The notes below the pieces were generated by a model, which saw only the letters and a list, made by a program, of their open reading frames with translations, had not been told where the DNA came from and searched no databases. Below are positions 16,812-30,369 of a stretch of DNA of 64,000 nucleotides, in pieces. Source of the stretch: the human T2T-CHM13v2.0 reference genome, Homo sapiens; assembly GCF_009914755.1 (NCBI RefSeq), contig NC_060947.1; one strand, written 5' to 3'. The first letter of the stretch is position 1. Each line of letters begins with the position of its first letter. The position numbers were made by a program, and so were the translations under genes.

Positions 16812-17884
16812 CAGTTCACTGAACCTGCCATTCAAGACCCTGTCCATTGTACCAAAGAATAGTGACCAGTGCCATGAATGAACATTTCCCTGCCAAGTAG
16901 CCAGTGGTGTGCATCTGGACCCAGGCCTAACTGTTATTAGGTAAACTCATATAAAATTGTCAATATCTGACCATTTTTACCTATAAAAACAGCATCCTAA
17001 TAGCTTCCCACCACATTACCTTTAAGGTGAAATATGCTTTCAATGAAAAGTTACTTCCTTAACTTCGAGTCTTGTCACTCTGAATTGTCCTAACACCTTA
17101 AACAGAGAAGTTGGACATATGCCAAGCTGCAGTGACTGTTGATCAGCCTTTATGGGTCCTTAGGAGGGATTCACAAGTGAAGCAATCAAGTTTTAAAAGC
17201 CAAGGAGAGGTAAAAACTGGGGAAATATATACCTCCTTTCACTTTATTTTTGCTGTGGTGGGTGGGGATTGTAGAAGGAGAGAGAGTTGTCAGAGTTTTA
17301 ACTAAATTGAAAATATAACCTGGGAATCATTGAGATGTGCATGTCTCTTTCATCAGGGCTAATAACCGGATGTTATTAAATTCTTGTAAATGGTAACTGC
17401 ATTCAAGCTCACTTCAATCTTGTTTTACAGGTCTTAAAAAGAAAGTGATTTTAAAGCTTCATATCAATTAACAAGTTAGTTAATAAAACCTTCCCCTCCA
17501 AAAAGAAGATTCCTCTTTGGATAGACTGCATTTTTAATTACATGAAATGATCTCCAAGTAAAGTTGCCCTGAGCTGAATCTCTGCACTAGACAATCACCT
17601 CTGCTGTTTTGCAACCAGTGGCTTTTAAGAATTCTTGTTTTTGAGGGCTTTCATTTTCTTTAACAGTGGTGAAATGGCAATTGGAAGACAGATCAAAAGT
17701 CAAGGGATGAAGCATAAAAATGAACACATTTGATTATTTTCTGATTATTAGAAACCAATGATAAAAGGAGAAGAAAAATCTCTCTTGGCAGATATGAATT
17801 ACATTCTTTTCTCTTTCTCTCTCTCTCTCTTTTTTTAATAAACCATCTCTTACTGGGGAAGAAGCTTGTATTCAATATTGAACA

Positions 17885-18320
17885 CTAGCATTTTAGAGCT
17901 GGAAGGAACACCATATATTATTTAGTTCCACACTTCATTTTATAGTTAGGAAAGCAAGAATCTGAGAGGCTATATGTGTTGGCCAAGGTGAATGAGTAGC
18001 AGTCAGGATACAACCCAAGTCTTCTGACTCCCCAGCTTTTGTTCATTACACTAGGCCACACTATCTTATTTTATATTTTTTATGTGATAATACCATTTGT
18101 AAGCACTAACTAAGCACTCTATGTGTAGTAACTCATTTAACCCTTATGATAACCCTTTAAGATAACTACTATTGTTGTTATTCCCTTTTGCATATGAGCA
18201 TTTTGAATCCCAGAGAGGTAAAACAACATTTCCAGGATCACCCAGCTAGGACATGGTGCAGGGATGATTCAAAGCCAGCCAGTCTGGTTCCAGAGTCTTT
18301 TTATCTTAAAGATTATGCTA
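17885..18320 (-). mobile_element. Two adjacent MIR SINE relics
   Basis: Degenerate MIR core-like stretches (CATTTTATAG...GAGAGG...GCCAAGGT; CCCAGAGAGGTAAAACAACATTTCCAGGATCACCCAGCTAG). Confidence 0.7.
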
Positions 18321-18829
18321 TATGTTATGGTATCTATCTTTCTAGGTGCATAGTCTGTCCCCCCAACTAGACAGAAGTAACAGCACCACCTACAGGACAG
18401 TTAGAAAGCATGGAATATATGTTCGATCCTGAGATAGGTAATAATGAAGATAGAAACAAAACGAAACTTGGCAGGTGACAAGGTGAATTTACATCATAAA
18501 AACCTCATTGGCTAGATCTGCAGGCTCCTATTGCCTATTCTGGGCCTTTCTCCCAGCAGTGATGGACATATACTTTGACTCAAGTTTTCTGCAAACCTCC
18601 CTTTTCAACACACTAAGCTGTTCTTGTAATAACTTTCTAATAAATGGTGCCTGATGTCTTCACAGAGAAACGTTAATAAGTGTTCAACAACTTGGGTTTT
18701 TCAGCCTGATTGCTCCATACAGGAAGGAAATATCTTGACCCTCTGCCTGTGACCTCACTGGCAGAAATATAGTTGGTGGCCACAATAGGCAAGCCATCAC
18801 CACTTGTATCACAAGGGAAAACTGAGGAA

Positions 18830-19545
18830 TCTATCAGTTCAAGTCACCAAGCATTCATCACGTACCTCATCTCGGCCAGTCACTGTGTGGTGTCCTGTGG
18901 AAGATTTACAGATGAAAAAGACACAGCCCTTGTCTTTGAGGGTTCCTTACAGACTAGTGACAGACTTGTAAATAACAAACTAACACTTGAGGCAGAATAA
19001 CATAAATGTCAAATATTGGTGCCAGCAATATGCTATAGGCACACATAGAAGTAATTCCTTTTCACTTGGAGAGTCAAGGAAACCTCAAAGATCAAATACA
19101 AGTTGGGCTGAGACTTGAAGAATGAGTAGATTTCACAATGATTAGGGAGAGGTGAAAGAAAGAAGAGCATTCAGAAGAGAGCAGTGAGAGCGAAGGCCTG
19201 AAGGTAAGATATTCCAGAGAATATTCTGACAAGACTTCAGTTGGTTATTTGGTGGGGGCGGGGGGGCAGATAAGTAAAACTAAAAAGGTAATTAGAGACC
19301 CAAACATGGAGAAACTTAAATATATAGCTAGCAAATTTGGTTTTATTATTTTAGAAATTTTGGATGATTTAATAATTTAGAGCAGAGGAATGACAGGAGT
19401 CATACTGTTCTTTTAAAAAGGTAATCTGGCATTATTTTGCAGAATGGATTGAAAAGGAGAGTTTAAAGGCAGTGAGAATATTTGGGAAGCTGTTACAATG
19501 GAAAATAAAATGATAATATATGACCAGAGTTTGTGATAAGTAAAA
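18830..19545 (-). mobile_element. L2 LINE relic
   Basis: Antisense L2-like motifs (CAAGCATT...CAGTCACTGTG...GACACAGCCCTTG; GCTGAGACTTGAAGAATGAGTAG; GCAGAGGAATGACAGG). Confidence 0.65.
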
Positions 19546-20744
19546 TCTGTCCTTGGGGATCTTTCACAAGTACCCTGACCTTCACCTGCTCCCACCAACA
19601 GCTTTCTCACTCTCTGCTCTATTCCCTAAAGATTCTGCTGGGTAAACAGGAGGTGGGTATGAGTTGATCATTCAAGTTCCAAACCTAAATATATATATAA
19701 AAAAATCTTCCTCACTACTGTAGCCAGTAAAATCACTGAAATGTATTCCACGAAAACTGGATGTCCATAATCCCCATGGGCGAAAATGAGACTGTGATGG
19801 TAGGCTTTAGATGGTTCACCAGAGTACAGGCTAACAAGAAAGAAGCAGCAAATGACTTGTGAGCTGTTTCTTTTCTTGTTCTAAAGTGAGCAGACATTTC
19901 AAATATTCCACTGGAATTAAAGCCATTCCAAGGGAGAAAATATTTCTCTAATATGCACATATGCTTCAATTTGCTCATTCTTACATTTCAGAATGAGGAT
20001 CCAGGCCAGAAACCATCCTCATTCTCCCCAGAAAGTAAAACAAACTTATTTACACATTTTCCTGTGCTGTCCTCATGCTCTTCTCTTATAGATGTCACCA
20101 ATTCCGGTTGCTCAGAGACCAGAGAAAAGGTCAGAGTTTCAATAATATTAGGGGTGAGATTATTTTATTAACATTGCCATGGGTCTCTCTTCTTTCTAAA
20201 GAGGTAGGAAGGAGAACATTTGAGGTACAGCTGCCTTAAAGAAACATTTTTTCACAGTGACTTGTGTTGCTCATGTGGGGCATTAGAAGAATTATGGCAG
20301 TTAAAATTTGTTTGCAAATCTGTTGTTTCCTGGTTTGCTTCTAAAAAAACATACCACCATCTGTCTCACTGGTCTTAATCAAATCCTGTCACTGTACTAC
20401 TAGTGCTGTCTGCCTCTTTGTATTCTGCTTTCTGATTTAGTCTCTGAAGAAGCCCCAAAATTGTATGTTGAGCATCCATATTCCCCCAAAATCACAAGCA
20501 ACCCCAAATCATTTTTTAAAGACAAAGACATACGCTTGTGTTCCAGAAGATGCCATTTGTAAAGGCTACAATGTGAATGGTGACACCTGAATTCGGATGA
20601 CACTGCCATCCTACTCTTGCTTATGTTCTCCCAGACCTTGATCTGAGAACAAAAGGGAATTAATAGTCACTATGTGAAGCTTTTTGCCACCTTCTTCATT
20701 ATGCCTTCTCCCTACCTTCTGTTTTCTCTGCTGGCAAAGGCAAT

Positions 20745-21135
20745 GCTATGTGCCCACCAAAATCTATGTTCTTTTTTTCTTCCTGAATACATCACTGGAC
20801 TATTCTTTGCAAGGCCCTTGCATCTAGATGGACCATGTAACTAATTCTCTGCAATGAGGAAAAGTGACTTGGGTCACCCCCTGGGTTAAACAGCTTAAGA
20901 GTGGATACGTCTTCTGTGTTTCTTAAGTTGCCAGAAGGATGTAATGGAAGATACTGAGGCCCCAGAAGATGCAAAAGTCACTAGATGGAGGTGGTTGAAA
21001 CCCTGATGACTGAGTGGAGCAGAGCTCTCCTACAGTTCTGCACTGGAGAATGACATAAAAAAGACATACTTTTGATGTGTTATGCCAGTGAGAAGTTGGA
21101 ATTGTTTCTTATAGCAATTACCATAAGTTGGCTTA
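20745..21135 (+). mobile_element. MLT1J/I-like MaLR LTR relic
   Basis: CCTTGCATCTAGATGGACCATGTAACTAATTCT; GAGTGGAGCAGAGC; TTGTTTCTTATAGCA. Confidence 0.55.
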
Positions 21136-21544
21136 TATACCTTCCTGATGTCTCAGATTTAACCTTTGTCCCACTGCTCAAGGAATTCTATTAGAGATCT
21201 CCAACAAAGCCTGACCCACCCCCCACCCCTACATCTTCTAATCAAAGTATGTGTGCTCCCAGTCCCATTCTATCAGGACTCTGCTCTCTGTGACCTGATA
21301 ATTTTTTATCAAGTAACCCAGAATCTCATGTAATAGCTGTTAATGGGTTAGTGAATGCCAGCCCTCTTAGAGATAAGGGAATCTGGATGAGGACAGAGCT
21401 TAGGAAGTCTCATATCTGTAACAGTACTGTTGGCATTTAGTAAGGACTATCAGGCCAGAAACGAAGAGATGATCTAATGGTTTTGCAAATCAGATACACT
21501 AGACTGAGAACTCTATGAAGCCAGGAACTGGGTCTGCCTCAGGG

Positions 21545-21757
21545 AGGAATGAGTTCAAGTCACAGCTTTGCCATCTACCAGCTGTGAAGGTAAATTTCTT
21601 CTCTGAGCTGAAGTTTCCTCATTTTTAAGTGGGAATGGAAGGTAATACTAGCTTCTTCATTGAGTTGTTTAAGGATTCAATGAGATTGGGTATGCAAAGT
21701 GCTTAATGTACTGTCTAGCACATAATAATCACTCGGTAAGTGATAGCTACTATAATA
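21545..21757 (+). mobile_element. MIR
   Basis: CTCTGAGCTGAAGTTTCCTCATTTTTAAG...GGATTCAATGAGA...AAAGTGCTT. Confidence 0.7.
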
Positions 21758-22188
21758 GGATGGATACAACGTTAGAATTAGTCAAAACCTTGGGGATCAT
21801 CTTATCCACCTCATGTATAGATGATGAGCTAGAGGCCCAGATAGGAATTTTTTCCTTGTCTGAAAACTCAGACCCAAATTAACTAGTTCCCTGAAACCCT
21901 CAAAGATTGTTCCCACTTGAATTTTCTTGGCCCTTGGACATGAGATTTGGACGGTGCTCTCTGGACTTGCCCCTTTGTTGAGACGCTGCTATAGTAATGT
22001 CCTCCTGAATATCCTATTGGAGTTGGATGGGGAACAGACTTGTCCTAATTTTAACCTTCCCAACAGAACCATGTGCAACTCAAGGGAGCACAGCTCCTCT
22101 GTCTCTAGCGCCCTAGTGCTCCAGCCAATCAACAGTGGACTCTCTGGCCATGTTCTCCACTGGCTAGACTAGTGGTCTTAAGACATTT

Positions 22189-22493
22189 GGCCGGGCGCGG
22201 TGGCTCATGCCTGTAATCTCAGCACTTTGGGAGGCCGAGGCGGGCGGATCACGAGGTCAGGAGATGGAGATCATCCTGGCTAACACGGCGAAACTCCGTC
22301 TCTACTAAAAACTAGAACAAATTAGCCGGGCGTGGTGGCTGGCGCCTGTAGTCCCAGCTACTTGGGAGGCTGAGGCAGGAGAATGGCGTGAAACCGGGAG
22401 GCGGAGCTTGCAGTGAGCCGAGATCGCCACTGCACTCCAGCCTGGGCGACAGAGCAAGACTCCGTCAAAAAAAAAAAAAAAAGAAAAGAAAAG
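22189..22493 (+). mobile_element. AluY, first of a head-to-tail pair
   Basis: Full dimer; TSD AAGACATTT(G) at 22180-22189 / 22494-22503. Confidence 0.95.
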
Positions 22494-22505
22494 AAGACAT
22501 TTGAA

Positions 22506-22890
<385 letters not shown>

Positions 22891-23588
22891 TCATGGCATA
22901 CTTAAGTCAAACCTTAATGAACTGCTTAGTTAGCATCAGAGGAGTCACTGGATATGACACATGAATCTGACCTTTTTTTAATTCTTCACAAGTATCTCAA
23001 TTCCTGTATACTCTATCAATTATTCAGGTTTCTACTCCGGATCAAGGTTAGTCATGGCACTAGTTCCTAATCTAACAGCTGTACAGAAGCTTTCCTACCC
23101 TCTTTCTTCCCAGAGCTGTAATCAAATCGATAACCACAACTCTGGCTTCCTGGCCTGGGGCTGATGCCACCATCCCACCACAGCCACTAGAAGAATGGCA
23201 ATGCTGAGGGCTTTATTTTTCACAGAAAGAGATCTCACTATTGATCACTAAAGCAAAGAAAAGCTGGTGGCAGGATGGGGGAGCTAATGGAAAGAGATGA
23301 GATAAAATCCAGCTGGGCGTCCCTGAGGTCATTCTGTGGATAACTGAAGGAAGTTCAGGTGAGAATCTGAGAAGGCAAATAAAAGAACCCCATTTCTGCA
23401 AGCACTGCACGGAATATCTGACAGCCCTTGCTGTCTTGGTGCATGTTATCTTTTTTCCAGCTGAACTACCTAATGATCAAACATGACACACCTCATGCTT
23501 ACTAGCCTTTGTTCAGGAAGTATTCTGAAATTTGCTACCCAGCTGGAGGCTAAGACTGTGTACATTCTTTTCACTTTACTAGGAAATG

Positions 23589-23622
<34 letters not shown>

Positions 23623-23919
23623 CAGAAGTGCCTGTATGTGCTATTACTGCTGTGCCTATGTGCCTTGCTTTATGCAGGTAGGTTCAAGAACAGTTCCCTC
23701 AACTGTATTTTTGTAAATCAAATTATATTTCCTCCTTGCAGCACAATACAATTACAGAGCAACTTTATCCTCATTTGGGCTCTAGCCTCAACTAATAGAG
23801 GCTTGAAGATTTGTGTCTGCTTCTGATTCCCAGTCCAATAGTTAATGCTGTGAAAACAAAGGCTTCCAGCACAAGAGACCCTGATATTTTGGAGGACTCT
23901 TTTAGAAATAACAACAATG

Positions 23920-24192
23920 TCAACAACTGCAGCTGTCATTTTGCTGATCACTGCCTATGCATCACTTTGGGCAGGTTACCTGTGTTATCACATTTAATCC
24001 CAGGAGTTTTTTTTTTTTTTTTTGAGTTAGGTGTCTTTATCCACATTTCACAAGCGCAGAAACTGGGTCTCCCAGAGATTAAGTAATTTGACCAAGCTCA
24101 TGTGGCTACTTAGCAGTAGGACAGGGCTACCATCCCACAGAAGCCTGTTTGACTTCAAAGGTTTGCTCTTTCATATATTCCACTACCTCTCT
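23920..24192 (-). mobile_element. MIR
   Basis: CCACATTTCACAAGCGCAGAAACTGGGTCTCCCAGAGATTAAGTAATTTGACCAAG. Confidence 0.7.
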
Positions 24193-25157
24193 AGTTTGGT
24201 GTAGCAAGGTGAAATTTGCTGTCACTTTATCTATAGTTGTAAAATGGGGGAGGGATATCTAAATGAAATGCTATAATCACTGCCTGGAGTTTAGTCTTTA
24301 CTCTGTACTAACTTGCTGTGTGAATTTTGGCAAACAGCTTTGTTTCTCTAGTTCTCTTAGTTCTGTCATCTGTAAATTTAGGAGATTGATTCAGGTAATA
24401 TCTAATGTCATTTTTTTCCTCTGGAAGTTCATTGCTATATATGCTTTCACATTCCTAAGAGAAGCACATTAATCTTTAAAATCCACTTAGGTGCCTTTTG
24501 CTGCCACAAGTCTTTTACAAGTTTTTCCAAAATGGGTTATATTTTGCTGCATCGATCAGCTATGATGTAAAACTGATCACCATGAAATCTACACATGCAA
24601 ACCCTTTGTCCTGATATTTTAAGCTAGCACATTTTGTTATAGTCTCAGTACAGCCAAATGAACATTTTGACTGAAGTTTTCACTTTTCAGCAGATCATTT
24701 TGACTTCCTTGTCTAAATGTCTTGTCTTTGCCAATACAATGATATCCTACCTGGAAAATGGCTTTTTGTTTCCAATTGACCTTTTTGAAAGCAACAAAGA
24801 GGCTCTGGCAGGCCTGTCATTAACCCTGAAGTAGTTAAAAGCAGGATGCCAGGAGCATCTCAAGCATCACAGATGCACTGTGCCTTGGGTTTGATTTTTC
24901 TCCCAGCTCTGCTGCACTTTCAGGAAACGATCTGGAACACCAGCCTCTAAAAGGAGCTGTGCTCCTGCATACCCAAATGTGGTTCAAAAACCATGTAAAT
25001 AAATATACATGAACTGAACTGAAACAGCTGGGGAGTTCTCAGCAGGGACCTCTAATGACCTCTGAATTGGAAGGGACACAGCTGATCAAGGAATCATTAC
25101 TAAGATTAAAGGCTTATACCAAAACCACTGTGAGACTTAAGCTACTGAATTTACAAT

Positions 25158-26300
25158 GTTGATGGCATATACTGGAAAGCACTAACTAGCCATATTAATG
25201 TGCTGCTTGAAAGTCAGAAGAAGCAGAGAAAACTGAGTTATTTTTCTACCCTTTGCTGCGCTTGCAGTAGAAACATGACAGTTGAGCTTTATGAGATGAA
25301 TTGTTTTGCTTCACAGTCTCCATTATTATTGACGCAGGGAAGTCTTGCCCTTTGCATAGGTTGTTTAGAGCACAGTGAAAAAGAAGTAAGTGTTTGAGTT
25401 CAACCAAAAGTGTCCATGTCAGGAATCTTGACCATCAGGCATGCCAGGATCTTAGGAAGAAAGCAGAGAAGACTGGGACAGGGGAAGTTTGAGGACAAGG
25501 GAAATGACTTGGTGTAAGGGAGAAGGCTGTGCTTTAGTCAGGAGTAGGCCAAGGCAGCCTTCCAGTGCAGCATGACTCAGCAGGTTTGGAGTGCAGGTGC
25601 ACAACCTCACACATTATGTAACCATGCCACATGAGACGCATAGGTAACCACTCACGTGAGCTCATGGTTGGCTCGGAGCCACTATTGTCTGCAAAAAGTA
25701 TAACTACCCTGCTGACACTGTACACATGGCTTGCTTCCACCCAGAGAGAGAATAAAGCCATGTCAAAACTGCCTATGATTCATAGAGTGTTTTTCCAGTT
25801 ACCCACCACTTGCCCACCCACTCCCCTCGGACCTCAGCTTAGGCTGGAACCTGACACTTGGCTATGTGGTTTGGCTTATAAATGGTGGTTGTAGAGTAGG
25901 GGGATGCTCACTAGTCTAATAAACTTTCAAACTTCAGCTCGATTTGGGCAGGAGTTGCCATCTTGGAAACGATGGGAAGTCAAGTCCACAGAATAGGGTA
26001 CAACATCAGAAATCTCCAGGTAATGGCAATACCCACAATTAAAGATGTAGTATAAGGAATTATGGTTCCAGACAGTTTGAAGAAAAGATTTCACAAAACC
26101 TAGGAGTTGAGTGACAGGTTTCAGCTCCCAAGAGAATAGAGCTAACATATGGGCTAGGGAGGCAGGAGATAAGGGTCACAAGGTAAGATGGAATTAGGGA
26201 AGGTGAGTGCTAGTGGGGTACTCAGCTTTCCCTTCTTCCTCTGACTTTCAAGCAGCACATTAATATGGCTAGGTAGTGCTTTCCAGTTTATGCCATCAAC
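25158..26300. repeat. 81-bp inverted repeat pair (25158-25238 and 26220-26300) with a 981-bp spacer
   Basis: Manual alignment of arm 1 to the reverse complement of arm 2: 75/81 identical, no gaps. Confidence 0.95.
25513..25856 (+). mobile_element. LTR18A-like solo LTR (ERVL)
   Basis: TG...CA termini; 5-bp TSD CTTGG (25508-25512 / 25857-25861); GCTGTGCTTTAGTCAGGAGTAGGCC...GGAACCTGACA; AATAAA at 25751. Confidence 0.85.
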
Positions 26301-28701
26301 TAGACAGGAATCATGAGGTCTGCAGATTGAGTACACCTGGAGAAAGTAGGAGCAGCTGAGGTCAGTGGGCATGAGAATGGGCTTACCACATGCACACTGA
26401 GTTTTTGCACTGTCAGGATTACATAAAATACTGAGGCAGGCAGAAACTTGAAAACATCAGCTGAGAGAAAATTGAAAAAGCTCCCAACCAGAGGGAGCAG
26501 ATGAGAGGTGCAACCCATCCCTGGCTACTGGGCAAAACACTGCTCAAAGTCCTAGCCTCACCTCACTGCATACAACACATCCTGTTACCATTAATTAAAT
26601 TTTCTCTGGGCCATAGATACATCTGTTTTAAATCATTATTTCAATAATTAAGTCCAAGTATTTCTTACATCTTCTTCTACATATGTCCAGTCATACTAGT
26701 GTCAGGAATCAACTTTTCTGCATGACCTTGAGCATAATCCTTTGCTCTTCTGAATTCCTTTAAAGTAACAACAGGATGTTAGTAACCAAACTAATCTCAT
26801 AGGGTTACTGTGAAGATTAAGTGATATAAAGTAAAGCACTAGTATAGTAACTGATGCGGAGTAAGTTATACAAAAACAATATTTAAAAAGAACTCCTTAA
26901 GCTTTTAGGAAAACCCTCTTCCCCTGGAAAATGGGTTTAGCAAAAGCTAACAATCTAATAGGAAGCCTACTGAGGCTAGTAATCTGCCATCAAGCATTCG
27001 GGACATATGCATGGAATAAAATAAGGATTACCAAAGAGAAAAGGCCTTTCTTGTCAACAATACACACCAAAGGTAGAATAGCAAAAAGAGGTATAATGTG
27101 CATCTCTCACAGTCAGAAATTTTAAAAAGCAATAAATGAGAAATAAAACTGGTGCCAGAAAATATGTACAAATGTTAAGAAGTGGGTTAAGTTTAGTGCT
27201 CTGGCAGGGAGCAGTCGGGAAGAGATGCTCTGACAGTCTTCTATTGGGACATATTGAGCTTCTGATCTTGGAGAAAATCAGGGAGAATAGAATATTCCTC
27301 CTACTCTTGTCTTCTATCAAGACCAGACCTCTAATAACCTCAGCAGCACCAACAATGGGCTTATCTTTCATAGAATAGTAGTGCTCCAGGGAATGAAATG
27401 AAGTGGAGTTGCATGGGGCAGATAGATCAGGATCAATCCCAGGCTATTTTTCTGGTCTCCCCTGTAACCTCAAAAGGTCTAAGATTTGCCTTTTGTTTCA
27501 CAGCACTGATAAGCCTATTGAGATTTTACGGGACCCTTGATCCCTTCAAAATCTCCATATCTTCTTGCTGAGGCCTGAAATCCCTTTATACATGGAAAAA
27601 CTCATTGTGGAATTAAAAAGCAAATGTCTATAGTCAAGGGAACATTTTGGAGTAGGTAAATTTCTCAATCCCAGATTCTAAAGAATGACATCCAGTTCCT
27701 TTCCTATTTGGATAAGGGAGCAAGTTGGTTATCCAGTAAAATGGCAGAGGGACCCTATGGGGTGGTAAGTCTACCTCTGAGTGAAAAAAGAATGGTCCAG
27801 ATGGACACATTTCTAGTTGCGCCATATCATAATGTATCCTTCAGCTAAAGGGGAGGATTGTATTAGGATTGTATTAGGTAGTGGGGAATGCAAAAAGAGA
27901 AGCTGTGCACCAAGACATTTCTATCATAAGATTGCAAAGCAAACTGTTTCATATGCCTTATAAAACCTTAGGTATTTTTATTTTTAATTAGCAGCCTTCA
28001 AATAATAGAGAAGCATTGCTGGAAGTTTTCTTGATAGAAGTGTCCCTGGGGATGCAAACAGAAACCATCATGGCCTCTGGGGCAATCAGAGCACTACTAA
28101 AATGCAGAGATCTTCAGTCCTGATGAGACTATCCTCTTGCATTCACATGACTCATGCTGTTTCAAGTAGAATGTATGATCTGGAGCAAGGCCTAGAAATC
28201 TGTAAAAGCCTTGGGTAAGTGCAATGAGCCCGGTATCTACTCTACTCCTAACAATAGGAGGCTCAAAAAATAAAACATGCTATAAGGTTCTAGTATGGGG
28301 TAGGGTAAGGAGGGGCTTACACCCAAAGATTAAGGGACAAAGAAGAGAAGGCCAAAGCAGTTAGTTCTTCTTTTGTTGTAAGTACCGACTCCAGGAAATG
28401 CCAAAATAAAGAAGAGGCAGTGACATATCTACAGTTTTGCCTACATTTCAGTCATACCTTTCAGTTTGATTTTCCTCCTAAAAAGTGCATTTGATGGGTG
28501 TACCACTGAGATAGCATCTGAGTTCAGCAACATAATTTCTTGCATAGGGTTTCATATGCATTTTTGCTCATGCTGCTTTAATGTGAATTTGTGTGTGTTT
28601 CCTGTGCTTACATGATATTTTACCCCGGTTGAGCTGGTGAGATGTTCACTGTGAACAAACCACGGCCTAAAAAGAAGCTGAGAACTCAAGCTGGGTTGTG
28701 T

Positions 28702-29183
28702 TTTGTTTTGTTTTTGTTTCTGTTTTTTAACTTTTATTTTAGGTTCAAGGATACATGTGCAGGTTTGTTATACAGGTAAATTGCGTGTCACAGAGGTTTG
28801 GTGTACAGATTATTTCATCACCCAGGTAATGTGTAGCACCTGATAGGTACAACTAGCACCCGACAGTTTTTCAATCCTCACCTTTCTCCCACCCTCCACC
28901 CTCTGGTAGGCCCCAGTGTTTGTAGTTCTCCTCTTTGTGTCCATGTGTTCTCATAATTTAGCTCCCACTTACAAGTGAGAACATGAAGTATTTGGTTTTC
29001 TGTTTCTGTGTTAGTTCACTAAGTATAATGGCCTCCAGCTCCATCCATGTTGCTGCAAAGGACACAATCTTGTTGTTTTTATAGCTGTGTAATATTTCAT
29101 GGTGTATATGTACCACATTTTCTTTATGTAGTCTATTCTTGATGGGCATTCAAGTTGATTCCATGTTGTTGCTATTGTGAGTA
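28702..29183 (-). mobile_element. Short L1PA15/16-like 3' fragment
   Basis: Antisense L1 3'UTR and ORF2 end (ATWMELEAIILSELTQKQKTKY); T-rich tail at left. Confidence 0.85.
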
Positions 29184-29297
29184 ATCCAGCTAGGTTTTGT
29201 AAGCAACATGATTTCTGTACCCAGAACTGATAAATGCCTGTCCAGATGAGGCCCACTTTGGGCTCTAAGCCTTACATACAGCTGCAAGATAGTTTAA

Positions 29298-29565
29298 CAG
29301 ATGGTTTTTTAAACTATAAGTCAGGACCAGCATTTTTAAATGGAGTGGAATGAAAAAGAATGGACTATCCTATGGAAAATCCAAGAGTCTGTCACATAGG
29401 GTAAGGCTAAGCTTTTCTGGGTAAAAATTTGTTTCAGTTAAGTGTACATATATAATATGTACATAGATATATATGTATGTATATAAAATACAGGTCACAA
29501 TACTAGGTCACAATGAAGAATGTATTTCTTACTGTGAGTCGCAGTTGAAAGTTTGAAAAACACTG
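29298..29565. mobile_element. hAT-Charlie (Charlie4-like) DNA transposon relic
   Basis: CAG..GGTTTTT..AAACT start and TGTATTTCTTACTGTGAGTCGCAG...GTTTGAAAAACACTG end. Confidence 0.5.
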
Positions 29566-30369
29566 GTTAAAGTTAAACTACCAAGTATGGTGGTGCCAAA
29601 ATTGTTATCTCAGCCATTTCCCTCTGAAGACCTTTCTGAACCACTATCTCGCATAAAACATTTCAAAATCAAATATTAAATTAGAGAGTTCCCCTCAAAA
29701 GAAGATAATACTGCCGGAATCCAAAGACATCAATGGGAACATACTGGCAAAGACATATCCCTCCTCATAGATTTGTGTGTTCCTTTGTTACTACAGTAAA
29801 CATTTGTCTACCTACTTAATAGAAGTTTCTTGCTTCAGAAGTGCTTTGATCTCTGGCTCACAGTTATCCCATATACAAAATGAAAATAATAGTAGTATCT
29901 ATCTCAAAGAGTTGTGAGAAATGTATAAGACAGTGTGATGATGATGATGAAGATGATGATAGTTAACAGTTACTAAGCTTATGTTAAATGTTAAGCACTG
30001 GAGCTATATGGCATATAAGATAGGCACAATTACTGGCACATGGTAAGCGATCACTAATTTTAGTCACTTCCACTTGCCCTCCCTCTAAGGTCATTTCCAA
30101 ACTTAATAGCTTATGATTCCAGAAGAACCAATTAATGGTGAATGCAGACTTGTCATCTGAGGACCTCAGACTCATGCCAGGCACCCAGTTGCTTAGTGGG
30201 CAGGAATCTGTTATAGTAAACAATGAGATATCAGTGAGAGCAGACAATCTTGGATGGTGGTGCAGGAGAGACCATAGTAAGAGAAATTTAATCATGATGA
30301 GAGTAGCTATGGAGGGTTTTACTAAGTCCTGACCATCTATAGCAGGAGCCTGACCATATCACCGTCCCG

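Noticed and set aside
25158-26300. The inverted repeat as TIRs of a DNA transposon or a recombinase-controlled switch
   Set aside because: No TSD, no transposase or recombinase ORF and no recognised TIR motif; kept only as an unexplained inverted repeat
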